Shown: positions 12,795 to 24,774, counted from the stretch's first letter. The stretch is 64,000 nucleotides of DNA from Methanobacteriota archaeon (GCA_963787255.1 CAWBCJ010000029.1:256001-320000); one strand, 5' to 3'. The notes: generated by a model from the letters alone, not told the origin. Program-made: numbers and translations.

Positions 12795-13562
12795 TTACCC
12801 GATGTATCTTAAATCTTCTTCGCCGGGAGCTATTTGCATTCTTTCAGCCATTTCTTGCTCCATTTGCTGTGCTTTAGATATCATTTTTCGAGTTTCTTCT
12901 GCTCTTTCTTCTAATTTAGCAATGTCCAATTCTATTCCCAGAATTGAAAGTAGAACGGTTAAAACTGCCTTTGATGCTTCTGCATCGATGAAGTATCCTG
13001 GTGTTTCACCCATGAGACATGCCCCGTTTATTCCTCTTAGCATTCCCATGCCTAAAAGAAGACCTGAAGCTCCAATTATCCCACCATCAGCAGATCTAAG
13101 AGTTACATTGTGCTCTTTTAGTGATTTTGCAATTTCAGATGTAGTTGCTGCACCAAAGACTTTGGATTTTTCAATTGGCTGGCCAGTTCCAAGACCACCG
13201 AGGGTGTACATCTGTTTTACACCATGTTTTTCAACAAAATCGAGTATAATTCCACATACTTCGTACTGGCCTTCAGGACTTAATCCCTGGGTGTTTCCAA
13301 CGAGTATTATGTAATCCTGCCCATTTTCACCATTTAGGGCGTAAAATTCGTTTTTCATGGGTTCAATGGTTCCGTCTTCATTTACAAAGACTTGAGGTGG
13401 AAATGATGGTGAGTATAACTCTGCAAACTTTTTTGCTCCGAGTTCGTGAATAATGTGTTCTGCCACTAATTTTCCAACGTGGCCGATTCCAGGAAGTGCC
13501 TCTATGAATATTGGTTCTTTGATATTCACTTCGTCAATTATTTTTATGTGAGTTTTATTCAT
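12795..13562 (-). CDS. Proteasome assembly chaperone (PAC2) family protein
   Basis: [31 protein letters not shown]; typical position after nop10. Confidence 0.9.
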   Translation of the reverse strand: MNKTHIKIIDEVNIKEPIFIEALPGIGHVGKLVAEHIIHELGAKKFAELYSPSFPPQVFVNEDGTIEPMKNEFYALNGENGQDYIILVGNTQGLSPEGQYEVCGIILDFVEKHGVKQMYTLGGLGTGQPIEKSKVFGAATTSEIAKSLKEHNVTLRSADGGIIGASGLLLGMGMLRGINGACLMGETPGYFIDAEASKAVLTVLLSILGIELDIAKLEERAEETRKMISKAQQMEQEMAERMQIAPGEEDLRYIG

Positions 13563-13566
13563 CTAA

Positions 13567-13743
13567 TCACTCCTCATTTTTATTAAGCAGTTGTTTTTTT
13601 AGTATTCTCCGATATTTTCCATATTTATCTTCTGGAGAATACTTTGGCGGGTAAACTACTCCAACTTCCCCTTCACAGTAAGGACATTCATCTTTTAAGG
13701 TGTATTCCCTGCATGATCTACACCTTTTCATTTTCATTTTCAT
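13567..13743 (-). CDS. nop10: H/ACA RNP protein Nop10 (58 aa, below ORF-track cutoff)
   Basis: Manual translation MKMKMKRCRSCREYTLKDECPYCEGEVGVVYPPKYSPEDKYGKYRRILKK...; conserved position after aIF2a. Confidence 0.95.
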   Translation of the reverse strand: MKMKMKRCRSCREYTLKDECPYCEGEVGVVYPPKYSPEDKYGKYRRILKKQLLNKNEE

Positions 13744-13772
13744 TAAAAGACCCGCATTTCTTTTTGTCCTTA

Positions 13773-14552
13773 TTATTCAAGTTCACGCTTGAATTCGCCT
13801 TCTCCGCCTTCTTTTAAAACGGCGTCGATGCATGTTTGAGCAGCATCCTTTAAGATATCTTCTGCTGTTAGGTAATCCGACGATGTGACTATTAATCTGT
13901 ATCTTGGAGCACCTACACACTGGACTGTAACTTCTTCATCCTCTACAGCGCCAAGTGCACTTTTAATTACTTCAACACCGTTTGGTGCGTATGAATGCAG
14001 ACTAATGTATCCTGTTATTTGAACTTCAGGAGGAGATATGTTCTTTTTAGCTATGTCAGTTATAGTTTCTGCCCATTCTCCATCGATTCCTCTGCTTATT
14101 AGCGCTTCTTCGCCTTCTTCTGCAGCTGTTTCAAATGCTTCGTAAAGATCACCGAATTCATTTATGATTTTATACCCTATTTCTTCATATGCAGTATCAA
14201 GGTCTTTTTCTATTGTTTTTGCAGCTATTTCAAGCAATTTTTCTGCTTTTTGCTCGATTTTCCACTGTTGAATCTTTCTTGTTCTTTGATCTTCCCTGAT
14301 TCTTTTCATTGAAACGTCGACATGACCTTTCTTTGGGTTTACCCTTAGAACTCTCGCTACGATCTTTTGATTTTCACGGACGTAATCCCTGATGTTTTTT
14401 ACCCATCCTGATGATACTTCGGAAATGTGAATAAATGCTTCCTTTCCTTCATATTCTTCAAGAGAGGCAAATGCACCGTAGCCTACAACTTTATGCACTG
14501 TCCCTACTACCAGATCGCCTTCATCTGGCCATTCTCTTTTCATTCTTACCAT
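13773..14552 (-). CDS. eif2a: Translation initiation factor 2 alpha
   Basis: S1 domain [17 protein letters not shown]; GAPRY. Confidence 0.97.
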   Translation of the reverse strand: MVRMKREWPDEGDLVVGTVHKVVGYGAFASLEEYEGKEAFIHISEVSSGWVKNIRDYVRENQKIVARVLRVNPKKGHVDVSMKRIREDQRTRKIQQWKIEQKAEKLLEIAAKTIEKDLDTAYEEIGYKIINEFGDLYEAFETAAEEGEEALISRGIDGEWAETITDIAKKNISPPEVQITGYISLHSYAPNGVEVIKSALGAVEDEEVTVQCVGAPRYRLIVTSSDYLTAEDILKDAAQTCIDAVLKEGGEGEFKRELE

Positions 14553-14589
14553 TAAAACACCTGATTTTTAGATTAGTCCTTAACTCTAT

Positions 14590-14775
14590 TTAATCAAGGA
14601 CTTCAACAATCTGAGCTACTATTTCAGATTTGCCGCCTTTTGGTTTTACCAGTGTTTTTCCACATATAATACACTGGACATTGGATGCTGCGTGATCAAA
14701 TACTGTTTGTTGATTTCCACAGTCTAAACATTTTACTTTTAAGAAATTACTTCTATGATTTCCCATCATTACCAT
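14590..14775 (-). CDS. rps27e: 30S ribosomal protein S27e
   Basis: [16 protein letters not shown]...CIICG...PKGGK. Confidence 0.96.
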   Translation of the reverse strand: MVMMGNHRSNFLKVKCLDCGNQQTVFDHAASNVQCIICGKTLVKPKGGKSEIVAQIVEVLD

Positions 14776-14784
14776 TAATACCAC

Positions 14785-15063
14785 CTAACTTACAAATTCT
14801 ACTTTTCCTGCTCTAAATGAGGAACGCTTTATGTGTGCTTTTCCACATTCTTTACATTTGTACCTTAAATCCAGTTTTTTAACTGGTTTGTTCCCTGATG
14901 GAAGCGGTCTAGGATAACCTCTGTATCCGCTGGTGACACGCCTGAACTGACGCTGACCCCATTTTAGCTCGCTTGCCTTTCTTCTTTTTGATTCAAATAC
15001 TTCGTGATTGGTATGTTTTTTACAACTTGGACAGTAAGTTCTTCTTTCTTTTGGAATTTTCAT
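14785..15063 (-). CDS. rpl44e: 50S ribosomal protein L44e
   Basis: [18 protein letters not shown]...[14 protein letters not shown]; start after GAGGTGA. Confidence 0.97.
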   Translation of the reverse strand: MKIPKERRTYCPSCKKHTNHEVFESKRRKASELKWGQRQFRRVTSGYRGYPRPLPSGNKPVKKLDLRYKCKECGKAHIKRSSFRAGKVEFVS

Positions 15064-15447
15064 TATAATCACCTCATTATAAAAATGAATAAAATTCACT
15101 ACTAAAATTATTGAGATTAAACTTCAAAAAAGTTTAATAAATATAGACATTATTTATTTTTGATAGTTTATTTATATGTTTGGATAAAGATTTCGGATTG
15201 ATCCCATCAAAGATTATGAAATGATGATTGTATCTACTTAAAGTTAAAATTAACATTTTTACACTCATCTCTATGATTTAGTGTATTAAGTCTCCAAACT
15301 ATATTGCACTTTTGAATAAATTAGAATGCTGTTTGAGTGTTAATTTTTAATTCAAAGCGCTTGTACATAGATTTACTAAATGATAATGATATTTTACTAA
15401 ATTCAAGCCTTTAATGTATATATTAATAAATGATATAAATGTGTAGA

Positions 15448-16272
15448 TTACCTATAATCTATTTTTTCATGTTTTTGTATGAATCGACCTTTATTATTTT
15501 TTATAATTATCTGTGCGTTTGCTTCAGGCATTGCAACAATATCTTGAGGTTCAAGAGGACCGTAAATTTCTCTATCGACACCAATAATAGCTGGAAGTTC
15601 TTCTAATATTATTAATGTTTTAATTGGATTCTTATTATCCACTGGTGGCTTTGATATTTCATTTTCGAATGTTTCAGGAGTGCTTTCTGGCTCTTCTATC
15701 TCTGGAATCTCGTATGCTTGATAACTCTCTATATCCTGTTCTATTCCTAGAGGGGCTTTTTTCTTTCCATTTTTCTTAAATTTGGGTTTATTGATTGATT
15801 CTCCTGATTTTTGTATTTTTGTTTCAAGCTTTGAAGAGGATGATTCAGATTTTTCAACTTTAAAATCGTTTAAAGGGTTATGCATCTCTTTTCTGTACTT
15901 TGAAAATGATTTAGTAATTGAATAATACAAATTTTCCTCTTCAGGAGTCATATTTTGAGGGGGGAGCGCAGGTGAATCCAATCTGTTTTTAGAAGAATTT
16001 TCATGGAATAATTCTTGGGATTTCTGTATGTTAAGGAGTGCGCTGTTAATTATCTTATGCTCACGCCTTTCACATATTTCTGCTGCAATTCTACGAGCGT
16101 CGCGATGAAGATAAGAATAAAAAGATAGAGGATTATCGCCTACCTCTTTTATAAGCTTATTTAGATAACTATGAACGTCGTTGTAGAAATTATCTCCAAC
16201 ATTAGCTAATCCACTTATGCTTCGCTCTTTTTTTTGGATTTCCCTTAATTTCTGGAAAAACTCATCCAACAT
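15448..16272 (-). CDS. GINS complex subunit (Gins51-like)
   Basis: LREIQKKER, ERREHKI, MTPEEE, long linker, C-terminal IIGVDREIYGP domain; next to PCNA. Confidence 0.85.
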   Translation of the reverse strand: MLDEFFQKLREIQKKERSISGLANVGDNFYNDVHSYLNKLIKEVGDNPLSFYSYLHRDARRIAAEICERREHKIINSALLNIQKSQELFHENSSKNRLDSPALPPQNMTPEEENLYYSITKSFSKYRKEMHNPLNDFKVEKSESSSSKLETKIQKSGESINKPKFKKNGKKKAPLGIEQDIESYQAYEIPEIEEPESTPETFENEISKPPVDNKNPIKTLIILEELPAIIGVDREIYGPLEPQDIVAMPEANAQIIIKNNKGRFIQKHEKIDYR

Positions 16273-16338
16273 TAATTCCTCACTTTTCAAATTAACCTAA
16301 TTAAATCAGTTTATTTTCCATTAAATCAAATTTTGTGC

Positions 16339-17073
16339 CTATTCTTCACTTTCTATACGTGGTGCTAAAAGGAAACTGAGTTCTCCTTCATCTGAAACCA
16401 TTTTAAGTGAAAGGTTAAGTGGCATGTCGTTTCCAAGCTTTAAAAGTATGGTATCGGAGAATTTATCCGCCTTTAGCATTTCCTTAATCTTTTCAAGTGA
16501 AAAAATGGACTTTGCGTTTATATCTATTTTTTCCCCGTGGAGATACTCTATTTTTGCATCTCCAAATTCGCCTTCAGCCTCTGCAATGAATTTATCTGCA
16601 TCTACAGTGAGTACAATCTTATCTGAGACTATTTCAATGTCCTGTATTGAATTTTTAAGGAGAATGAATGGAACTTCAAATTCAGTTGGATATTCAAGAT
16701 CTGGTGGGCTTGGTGCTTCATATTCTATATCTATTAGCCTTATTTTGAACCTACGGCGGGCTTCACCTTCAAATATAACAATAAGATTTCCTTCATCAAC
16801 TGAAAGTTCAACAATATCATCGCTTTTTGCCCTTTTTAGCACTTTCATGAGTTCTTCAGTGTCAACATTAATTTTTAAAGGTTCATCAATTGTAAATTCG
16901 TCAAATAACCCTGGTTTAAGTTCAAGATGGACAAATGTGATGTGTGATCTATCCAATGCATCCAATCTCAGCCCTTCACTGTCTGCCTGCATCTGCACTT
17001 CATCCACTATGGAAGAGATAGCATCGAAACTTGTTTTTAAGATGTTCGAATCGCTTAGTACTGCTTTAAACAT
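16339..17073 (-). CDS. pcn: PCNA sliding clamp
   Basis: MFKAVL, ALDRSHI, LLAPRIE. Confidence 0.97.
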   Translation of the reverse strand: MFKAVLSDSNILKTSFDAISSIVDEVQMQADSEGLRLDALDRSHITFVHLELKPGLFDEFTIDEPLKINVDTEELMKVLKRAKSDDIVELSVDEGNLIVIFEGEARRRFKIRLIDIEYEAPSPPDLEYPTEFEVPFILLKNSIQDIEIVSDKIVLTVDADKFIAEAEGEFGDAKIEYLHGEKIDINAKSIFSLEKIKEMLKADKFSDTILLKLGNDMPLNLSLKMVSDEGELSFLLAPRIESEE

Positions 17074-17112
17074 TTTCATCCTCCCTACATTAAGACTTTC
17101 TTATTTATCCTT

Positions 17113-17643
17113 TTATCTATTATTTCTATTTATATTATCCTTTTTTATATTATTTTTAGAGGAATCAGAAGACGTTTTACCATAGGATTCAATATCACTA
17201 TCTATTCCTTTAAAAAATGATTTACCCAGAAATTTATAGGCAAAACTGCACGCTATTAAAAGTACGCCAATTAAAATTAAAAATACTGAAAATACTTCCT
17301 TTTCTCCAAATACCACATTGTCTGCCACCCTATCTGCAGACCCCATTGTCATTAATATACCAAAAAATATAAATAAAATACCTATGGAAATACCTATTCC
17401 CATCAAAATTTTGCTTTTTCCAGATTTGATTTCTTTTATCCTTTCTGGACCTAAAAGATCGCTCAGCATTGGGAATGTATGATGATCATGTTCTTCCCCG
17501 GATTTAGAATCTTTTGCATCACTCTCCTCACTATGCTCAGATAGCTTTGCAAAATCGATCTTTTCAAGGAAACCTGATGCCTTTGATTTAATCGATTTTT
17601 CCTTATTTTCCTTAGGATTTTTCGTGTCCGAATCTTCTTTCAT
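17113..17643 (-). CDS. Two-TM membrane protein with charged N-terminus
   Basis: Two hydrophobic helices around RVADNVVFGE; GGGGG SD. Confidence 0.7.
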   Translation of the reverse strand: MKEDSDTKNPKENKEKSIKSKASGFLEKIDFAKLSEHSEESDAKDSKSGEEHDHHTFPMLSDLLGPERIKEIKSGKSKILMGIGISIGILFIFFGILMTMGSADRVADNVVFGEKEVFSVFLILIGVLLIACSFAYKFLGKSFFKGIDSDIESYGKTSSDSSKNNIKKDNINRNNR

Positions 17644-17676
17644 ATGATATCCCCCTTAAAAAAAGATTTAAATGAT

Positions 17677-17991
17677 TTAATCGTATTCACGCCATGTTTG
17701 CCCGCATTTTGTGCATCTTAAAAATCTTGTTTCAGATTCATCTGCCCTTCTTGTCTGTTGGAGCCACCAGAATGCCTCCTTATTACCACATTTTGGACAT
17801 ATTGCACGTGTGGTTGGTAATGTTTTTACATCATCCCCTTTAACGATTACATTCTCCTTTGCATCAACCTTTTCAGAAACCTCATACTTACTCTTTTCTT
17901 CCTTGGTTATATCCTTCTTGTATCCACATTTACATTCAAAGCAGTTATTTTTTGGAAACATTACTGTTCCACAATCTGGACAAAATTCCAT
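17677..17991 (-). CDS. tfs: Transcription elongation factor S
   Basis: MEFCPDCG; CPKCG...[19 protein letters not shown] acidic hairpin. Confidence 0.95.
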   Translation of the reverse strand: MEFCPDCGTVMFPKNNCFECKCGYKKDITKEEKSKYEVSEKVDAKENVIVKGDDVKTLPTTRAICPKCGNKEAFWWLQQTRRADESETRFLRCTKCGQTWREYD

Positions 17992-18188
17992 TTTAGTCCT
18001 CCATAAGTTTGATAAAATTATACAAATCACTTTTTGGTTAAAATATAATAGTTATTTATTTTAAAAAATAGGTTTTTAATACTTATATATTTTTTCAGAA
18101 TTTAAATTTTGCAATACTATCTTTTAAAATGTTTAAAATGTCAAATTAGCATCCTTAAAATTTTTTAAATAATATTTATGGACTCATT

Positions 18189-18596
18189 TTATTCAATTAT
18201 TTTAAAGGCATCTTTAATGATTAAGTCATGGTCAAATGCGAGTTTTAACTTTATAGTTTCGCTTTTTGGAATGCATGTAACATCAGAAGCATCGGTATCT
18301 GCTTTTAATTTTCCACCGGTTTTTTGAGCAAGATAGCATATTGTAACTGTATGTCCTCTTGGATCTCTTTCCGGGTCTGAATATACTCCCACAATCCCGC
18401 ACAAGTCAATTTCAAGCCCTGTTTCTTCTTTAACTTCTCTTAAGATAGCAGATTCTACCGTTTCGCCATATTCAACAAATCCACCAGGTAATGCCCATGA
18501 ATCTTTATAGGGATCCTTTTTCCGTTTAATTAAAACTATAGAACTATCTTTACAGATTATTACTGCATCCACAGTTAATGAAGGCTTTTTATACAA
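18189..18596 (-). CDS. Nudix hydrolase (ADP-ribose pyrophosphatase-like)
   Basis: [23 protein letters not shown] Nudix box, RDPRGH; TTG start after GGGGA. Confidence 0.92.
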   Translation of the reverse strand: MYKKPSLTVDAVIICKDSSIVLIKRKKDPYKDSWALPGGFVEYGETVESAILREVKEETGLEIDLCGIVGVYSDPERDPRGHTVTICYLAQKTGGKLKADTDASDVTCIPKSETIKLKLAFDHDLIIKDAFKIIE

Positions 18597-18624
18597 TTTA
18601 AATTCCCCATGAATAATAATTAGC

Positions 18625-19221
18625 TTATGCACTTCCTCTGGACTCTCCAGTTTCGACACCGGCAGCTATTAAGTGTGCAACCCTTATTGGCTCAGGTATA
18701 GCACTCCTTGTAGTTGAAAGTGCTACGATTTCCTTTGCATCCTCTAAATCGATTCCCCTTATTTGAATATAGATTGGTTCCTTATTTTCAATTTTAAAAA
18801 CTGTTCCAGCAGCTAATATGAAGTTCCATCGTTTTTCGTGGTCTTCAAATCTCATCAGTGCCTTTTTTATTCTTTCAAAGTTTGGAAACTTCCTCATTAT
18901 AACAATTACAGGTATTTCTGTTTTATCAAAAATTTCCTTTATATTGGCAAGGTTAAAACCACCAAAGGTAATCCCATCAAGCATTATAACTCCGATCTGG
19001 CCTTTATGCCTGGTTTTGTTTACCATCTGGATGATTTTTTCGGTTGAATCTTCTCCATCGCCAGTAATATGCGTCCTTAAAACCCCATCAAGCCATGTTC
19101 CCCCTCTAAAAACAGTGCCAATTAACATCACTTTATTTTTGGTGTGGGGAGGAAATGGTGCATCGTCAATTCCTAAAATTCTTATTTCCGGCTTGATTTT
19201 GCGGAATCTTTTGTTGTTCAT
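18625..19221 (-). CDS. DUF99 family protein (EndoV-like fold)
   Basis: [28 protein letters not shown]. Confidence 0.9.
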   Translation of the reverse strand: MNNKRFRKIKPEIRILGIDDAPFPPHTKNKVMLIGTVFRGGTWLDGVLRTHITGDGEDSTEKIIQMVNKTRHKGQIGVIMLDGITFGGFNLANIKEIFDKTEIPVIVIMRKFPNFERIKKALMRFEDHEKRWNFILAAGTVFKIENKEPIYIQIRGIDLEDAKEIVALSTTRSAIPEPIRVAHLIAAGVETGESRGSA

Positions 19222-19259
19222 CTTAATAATGGATAGAATAAAAAAAATAATATGTGGTT

Positions 19260-19523
19260 TTACTTCTTAGAAGCTTCTATTATGCCCTTAAACTCGTCGC
19301 ATTGTTTTTTTATTGTTTCTGCTGCTTTTTTAAGGGATTTTTTAGGGTTTTTAGCTTTAATGTAGAGTACTGGTTCTCCTACAATAGGATGATCAATGTT
19401 GTATGCTGCAGATTGTACGTCTTTATCTTCCATTAAAGTTCTCCTGAGTGCATTACACAATGTATGGGTTTCCCCTGTAATTTCTATTTCCAGTTCATTT
19501 TTTGTATCTTTTATAACCTTCAT
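19260..19523 (-). CDS. rpoL: RNA polymerase subunit Rpo11 (L)
   Basis: [18 protein letters not shown]; ATG after GAGGGA. Confidence 0.95.
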   Translation of the reverse strand: MKVIKDTKNELEIEITGETHTLCNALRRTLMEDKDVQSAAYNIDHPIVGEPVLYIKAKNPKKSLKKAAETIKKQCDEFKGIIEASKK

Positions 19524-19524
19524 C

Positions 19525-20094
19525 TTATCCCTCATAATGTGCGGAGAGTTTTCTTCTCTCTCTTTTCTCGCAATTTTCGCAGTAAACTTCATTTTTATCT
19601 GTTATTACCATAAAATGTCTGCATCTTGTGCACATGGCCTTTAAAACTCCAAGTTCCTCTTCTGCAGTTGTTAGATCAACATTGTCAAGACCGAAAATCT
19701 TGGTAACTTTTGCTTCAACTAAATCCCCTATTCTAAATGCTTCAGTTAATTTAGAAAGGTATCCTTTCTGTGCTTGGGAGATATGAATTCCTCCCATGAA
19801 AGATGTCACTAGATTCCTGTCATTCTCTTTAATTTTATCTATTTTTACAGAAGCTCTCTGGCCTCTTACGTCCGAAACTTCCCCTACTACCACTTTACCA
19901 ACTTCTAAGGATGGGGGAGTGCTTGTTTTCGGAACTATTGATATCTCCTTATTTTTATCGTCGATGGATACGGTTCCAACTACGAGTGATTTGATTTTTC
20001 CTTCCTCTTCATATGTCCATTCTGATGGAACAAACTCTTCAGTGACTCCTAAAATGTCACCCGGTAAAACAAAATCTCCAGATTTGGCTTTCAT
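19525..20094 (-). CDS. csl4: Exosome RNA-binding protein Csl4
   Basis: FVLPGD, S1 domain, CTRC...CENC...RKLS zinc ribbon. Confidence 0.94.
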   Translation of the reverse strand: MKAKSGDFVLPGDILGVTEEFVPSEWTYEEEGKIKSLVVGTVSIDDKNKEISIVPKTSTPPSLEVGKVVVGEVSDVRGQRASVKIDKIKENDRNLVTSFMGGIHISQAQKGYLSKLTEAFRIGDLVEAKVTKIFGLDNVDLTTAEEELGVLKAMCTRCRHFMVITDKNEVYCENCEKRERRKLSAHYEG

Positions 20095-20326
20095 TAATTC
20101 ACCTCAATTTAAAACAAGAAAAAACTATATCAAATGCTTAATTTTTCCATTATTTTATTTTTTTTTATAAATCTCATTTAAAAATATATGATTTAATTAT
20201 TATTGTCTAATTATTAAAAGTTTTATTTATAATATATGTTCCATTTTAATCTATTATAATCTTTTCATTTTCTAATACTATCCATTTTTTTAAGGGTTAA
20301 AATCGACTTTGCGTATATTAAAAGTT

Positions 20327-21319
20327 TTAAATGTGTTCAATTTCATCTATTTTATAGTCTTCCCATTTTCTAATGTCCAGAACTATTTCAAGTTCTTTAG
20401 GAGTTAAAAGGGGCTTTTTATACATATTTGCATCATCTATTGCCACTCTTGGACATGCAGTTACAACAAAAGCATCTAAATTCATATAGGGAAGTAAAAG
20501 ATCAGGGGAAATGTTATCCATCATTATTATAAACGCTTCCTTTCCTTCTTTATTTATTATATTTTTTAAACTTTTAGCCAGATGAAGTCTGAACTGACCC
20601 TTTTTAGATGATACTATAATTCCAAATTTTTCTGCTTCCTTTGCCCTTGTTATCTTTGCAAACCTTATTCTAAGTATTCTATCAGCAAATTCATCTATAT
20701 TTCTTACTTCGTTCATGTAGGGGTCTGCAATAAAAACAGGTTTTTCTGTGAAAAGTTTGATTCCAAGAGCGTGGAAATTTCCGCTTCCAACGTATAAAAA
20801 AGCTTCAGCATCAATATCTTTAATTGCTGAGAAGTTGCAGCCTAAAACTTGGCCTTCTCTCGTTCCCGCGCCTTCTTTTGTTAACACTTGCTTATCATTT
20901 TCAACTAAAAGTTCTTTAATATCCTTCAGAACATTTAAATGTTGGATTGTGGTTACAAGGCCAATTTTTTGGTAATTTTTAAGTTCTTTAAGGCTTTCCT
21001 CAACTGCGTTCAATACATCTATTTTAGAATAAGCTTCAATAAAAAGAACAGGGACTTTGTAGTCAATTGGAAATTCCACATGTCCAAAATGAATAATTAA
21101 ATCAACAAGACCTTCCATGTGTATATCTGAAACGTCACATGCACCATAACAAGGATCTCCAGAAATTAAAACAATTGCATCTGTTTCATTTTCTATTTTT
21201 TCTGCTACCGTGGTTGCATGAATTTTTAGGCCTTCAGGAAACTGGATTCCAACAACCTTTGCATTCGTTTCTTTTATTTTTTCCAGGACTTCAGGGAGTC
21301 TAAATTCGTAATATAACAT
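20327..21319 (-). CDS. dph2: Diphthamide biosynthesis protein Dph2
   Basis: QFPEGLK, CYGACD, GQVLGC, TACPR. Confidence 0.96.
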   Translation of the reverse strand: MLYYEFRLPEVLEKIKETNAKVVGIQFPEGLKIHATTVAEKIENETDAIVLISGDPCYGACDVSDIHMEGLVDLIIHFGHVEFPIDYKVPVLFIEAYSKIDVLNAVEESLKELKNYQKIGLVTTIQHLNVLKDIKELLVENDKQVLTKEGAGTREGQVLGCNFSAIKDIDAEAFLYVGSGNFHALGIKLFTEKPVFIADPYMNEVRNIDEFADRILRIRFAKITRAKEAEKFGIIVSSKKGQFRLHLAKSLKNIINKEGKEAFIIMMDNISPDLLLPYMNLDAFVVTACPRVAIDDANMYKKPLLTPKELEIVLDIRKWEDYKIDEIEHI

Positions 21320-21348
21320 TATAATCCTCAAACTCAGTTTAATTTTAT

Positions 21349-21915
21349 TTAAATGGCACTATCTTCAATTATAACTTTTCCTTCTTTTACGTTCACTTTT
21401 ACGAGAGTTTTGACTTCATAACCTGTTTCAGTTTTAACCCGCTCTTTTCCATCTCCCTTTTCAACAACGGCAACAACATCTGCAATTTGAACCCCAAAGC
21501 TTTTTAAAGCGTTTAAAACTGCTATCATGGTCCCTCCTGTACTTATGACATCATCTACCACCAGGATTTTATCTCTTTTTCTAATTCCGTTAATATACAA
21601 TTCGCATTCGCTGTAACCGGTTACTTGATGAACGGCAATTTCTTCATCTAATTCATAACAGCGTTTTCTAACCACCACGAATGGTATATTCGTTTCAAGG
21701 GAAAGTGCTGTTGCAATATGGATTCCCATAGCCTCCATGCACACAATTTTATCAACATTTAAGTTTGCAATTTTTGTAATTGCCCCTGCAACTTCTCTTA
21801 AAAGATCAGGCTCAACAAGCATTATTCCATCAGTAATTGGATGTATAAAATAATTATATTCGCCTTTTTTTACTATAGGTGATTCTTCAAGTGTTTTTTT
21901 AAGTATTTCCAGCAT
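21349..21915 (-). CDS. hpt: Hypoxanthine/guanine phosphoribosyltransferase
   Basis: [29 protein letters not shown] motif. Confidence 0.88.
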   Translation of the reverse strand: MLEILKKTLEESPIVKKGEYNYFIHPITDGIMLVEPDLLREVAGAITKIANLNVDKIVCMEAMGIHIATALSLETNIPFVVVRKRCYELDEEIAVHQVTGYSECELYINGIRKRDKILVVDDVISTGGTMIAVLNALKSFGVQIADVVAVVEKGDGKERVKTETGYEVKTLVKVNVKEGKVIIEDSAI

Positions 21916-21975
21916 TTTACCACCAAATATTCAAAATACATTTAAATTTTTAATTTTATAAGTAAGAAAGCTGAA

Positions 21976-21993
21976 ATGAATTTATAAATTCAT
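21976..21993. promoter_or_regulatory. Perfect 18-bp palindrome centred on TTTATAAA between divergent hpt and srp54
   Basis: atgaatttataaattcat, extendable by ctgaa/ttcag. Confidence 0.4.
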
Positions 21994-22107
21994 CTTCAGA
22001 ACTATTTTTTTTCATCATGATAACAAAGATATTTTTATAACATAAGGTATATTTAATAATATCAAAATTTCATTCTAATTTTTATAAAATTATTGAGAGG
22101 CAGGATC

Positions 22108-23439
22108 ATGTTAGGTAATCTTGGAAAAAACTTAACAACAACAATGAAAAAATTGGCAGGAATGCCCATAATCGATGAAGAAGTTGTAAAAGAAGTTGTA
22201 AAAGACATACAACGGGCATTAATTCAATCCGACGTTAACATCAAACTTGTATTAAAATTATCAAAAACAATAGAGGAAAGGGCGCTTAAAGAAGAGCCGC
22301 CTAAAGGAATTACACCAAGAGAATATATAATTACCATAGTTTACGAGGAACTGGTAAATCTCATTGGTTCAAAGGCAGAAGAAATTGAAATAGATGCCAA
22401 ACCTTATAAAATAATGTTTGTAGGGCTTCAAGGAAGCGGTAAAACAACCACTATCGGGAAACTTGCAAAATACCTCCAGAAAAAAGGATTCAATCCTGCT
22501 GTTGTAAGCACCGACACATGGAGGCCTGCAGCATTCGAACAACTGCGCCAGCTAACCGAGAACATGAATGTTCCCCTCTACGGTGACCCTGAAAATAAAG
22601 ATGCTCTAGATCTTGCAAGAAAAGGTCTTAAAGAATTTAAAAAGCAGGACATCATAATTGTGGATACTGCCGGACGTCACAAGGAAGAAAAAGAACTTCT
22701 TGATGAAATGGAACAGTTATCAAGTATTGTAGAGCCAAATGAGGTTATGCTTGTTATTGACGGAACTATAGGTCAGCAGGCACGTGACCAGGCTTTTGCA
22801 TTCAATCAAACTACAAATGTAGGTTCAATTGTTATAACAAAGCTTGATGGTTCTGCAAAGGGTGGTGGAGCACTATCAGCAGTTTCAGAAATCGGCGCAC
22901 CAATAAAATTCATTGGAACAGGGGAAAGAATTGATGATTTCGAGGCATTTGACCCTGAACGTTTCATATCAAGACTTCTTGGAATGGGAGACATTAAAAC
23001 GCTCATTGAAAAAGCAGAAGAGATTGCAGAAGAAGATGTGGACATGGACACCATGGATGCCATGTTAAGCGGGAAATTCACCCTTAAAGACATGTATTCC
23101 CAATTTGAAATGATGAATAAAATGGGCCCAATGCAATCAGTAATGAACATGATTCCTGGAATGGGTGGAAAACTACCAAAAAACGCTTCCCAAATGACAG
23201 AAGAGAAGTTAACCAAATATAAAATCATGATGGATTCCATGACAGAGCACGAACTTACACATCCAGAAGTTATTAAGCAGTCCCGTGTTAAAAGGATTTC
23301 AAAAGGCTCAGGAATGCGTAATGAAGATGTTAAAGAGCTTCTTAAGTATTATAATACAACTAAAAAAGCTATGAAAGGATTTGGAAAGCGTAAAATGAGC
23401 GGGCCCTTAGGTCAGATGATGCGGCAGATGATGCGCTAA
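22108..23439 (+). CDS. srp54: Signal recognition particle protein SRP54
   Basis: [27 protein letters not shown], Met-rich M domain. Confidence 0.98.
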   Translation: MLGNLGKNLTTTMKKLAGMPIIDEEVVKEVVKDIQRALIQSDVNIKLVLKLSKTIEERALKEEPPKGITPREYIITIVYEELVNLIGSKAEEIEIDAKPYKIMFVGLQGSGKTTTIGKLAKYLQKKGFNPAVVSTDTWRPAAFEQLRQLTENMNVPLYGDPENKDALDLARKGLKEFKKQDIIIVDTAGRHKEEKELLDEMEQLSSIVEPNEVMLVIDGTIGQQARDQAFAFNQTTNVGSIVITKLDGSAKGGGALSAVSEIGAPIKFIGTGERIDDFEAFDPERFISRLLGMGDIKTLIEKAEEIAEEDVDMDTMDAMLSGKFTLKDMYSQFEMMNKMGPMQSVMNMIPGMGGKLPKNASQMTEEKLTKYKIMMDSMTEHELTHPEVIKQSRVKRISKGSGMRNEDVKELLKYYNTTKKAMKGFGKRKMSGPLGQMMRQMMR

Positions 23440-23547
23440 AATCAAATTATATTTTCACTATTTTGAATTAAATAGAATTAATACTAAAATTTTTCAATTA
23501 ATCAGTTAAAAAATTAGTTTTATATTTTTAATCATAGGATGATTATA

Positions 23548-24774
23548 ATGGATACACAAATTACTGAAAAAGCAATCAAAATCATGGAAATGTCAGGATG
23601 GAACTTATGTAACCACTGTCTGGGCAGGAATTTCTATAAAACTGTAGAAGGATTAGATAATAGGCATAGGGGAGAAATTATAAGGGAAATTCTAAATAAA
23701 GAAAACGATGATGTGTTAAATACTGATTCATGCTATATTTGTGGTGGTATCTTTGATAAAATGCAAAACAACATTATAGATAAGATAACAGGGAAAATAA
23801 ATGAAGAATGCATTGAATTTTCAACATTTCTTGTAGGATCCCGTGTTTCAGCCGAAATTCTAAAAAAAGAAGAAGAAATTCGTGAAAACATGGAATTAGA
23901 CGTTGAAAACGTTAAAAAAGAGATAAACAGAGAAATTGGAAAAAAGCTGTATTCTATGCTTGAAAAAGAAGTTGATTTTGACAGTCCAAACATCGTGATA
24001 ATGACAGACTTTGTAAAAGATAATATAGAGATTCAAATAAATCCACTTTTTATAGAAGGGCGTTATAGGAAGCTTATTAGGGGAATTCCACAAACTAAAT
24101 GGCCATGCAGGAAATGTAGAGGTAAGGGCTGTTCTAGTTGTAATTATACTGGAAAACAATATACCGAAACAGTTGAAGAGTTAATTTCGCCTGAAGCGGT
24201 TAAATTAGCAAGAGGAAATGGATCAAAATTCCACGGTGCCGGTAGGGAAGACATCGACGTTAAAATGCTTGGTAATGGAAGACCTTTTGTCCTTGAAATT
24301 AAAGAACCTCACATAAGAACTATTGATTTAGAACTTCTAACTGAAAAAATTAACGAATTTACAGAAGGAAAAGTTGAAGTTCTTGATTTGAAATTTGTGG
24401 GAAGGGAAAGGAAGGGTGAGATAAAATGCTCATCTACAGATACATATAAAGTATATAAAGCATTAGTAGAAGTTGAAAGTGATATTAAAGAGGAAAAGTT
24501 AGATTTATTACAATCTTTGAATATAATAGAACAGCGCACACCAATAAGGGTTTCTCACAGACGTGCTGATAAAATAAGAACACGAGAAGTTAGAAAAATA
24601 AGCGCTGAATGGATGGATTCAAGGAAATTTGAAATTATAATTGAATGTGAGGGTGGATTGTACATTAAAGAGCTTATTTCAGGCGATGAAGGTCGATCAA
24701 AACCCAGCGTCTCCGAAATATTAGGAACTCCCGCACTTTGCACCCAGCTTGATGTGATGGAAGTGAATATTTAA
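23548..24774 (+). CDS. pus10: tRNA pseudouridine(54/55) synthase Pus10
   Basis: GRYRKLIRGIPQTKW, HGAGREDIDV, QRTPIRVSHRR, GLYIKELISGD. Confidence 0.96.
   Translation: MDTQITEKAIKIMEMSGWNLCNHCLGRNFYKTVEGLDNRHRGEIIREILNKENDDVLNTDSCYICGGIFDKMQNNIIDKITGKINEECIEFSTFLVGSRVSAEILKKEEEIRENMELDVENVKKEINREIGKKLYSMLEKEVDFDSPNIVIMTDFVKDNIEIQINPLFIEGRYRKLIRGIPQTKWPCRKCRGKGCSSCNYTGKQYTETVEELISPEAVKLARGNGSKFHGAGREDIDVKMLGNGRPFVLEIKEPHIRTIDLELLTEKINEFTEGKVEVLDLKFVGRERKGEIKCSSTDTYKVYKALVEVESDIKEEKLDLLQSLNIIEQRTPIRVSHRRADKIRTREVRKISAEWMDSRKFEIIIECEGGLYIKELISGDEGRSKPSVSEILGTPALCTQLDVMEVNI

Noticed and set aside
12802-13314. 170-aa ORF and the many similar antisense ORFs in the track (e.g. 3021, 5759, 18818, 22806, 27058, 30329, 36939, 41715, 59954)
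   Set aside because: They lie opposite well-conserved genes and carry no independent motifs
15219-15290. Possible C/D box sRNA (aATGATGA)
   Set aside because: No CTGA D box at a suitable distance
16424-17185. 253-aa plus-strand ORF
   Set aside because: Antisense shadow of PCNA; Ser/Ile/Phe-rich composition typical of a reverse-complement frame
19524-19592. N-terminal extensions on RpoL (also Nudix, TFS, L44e, L21e) in the ORF track
   Set aside because: Artefacts of longest-ORF calling; SD-supported downstream starts match the family N-termini
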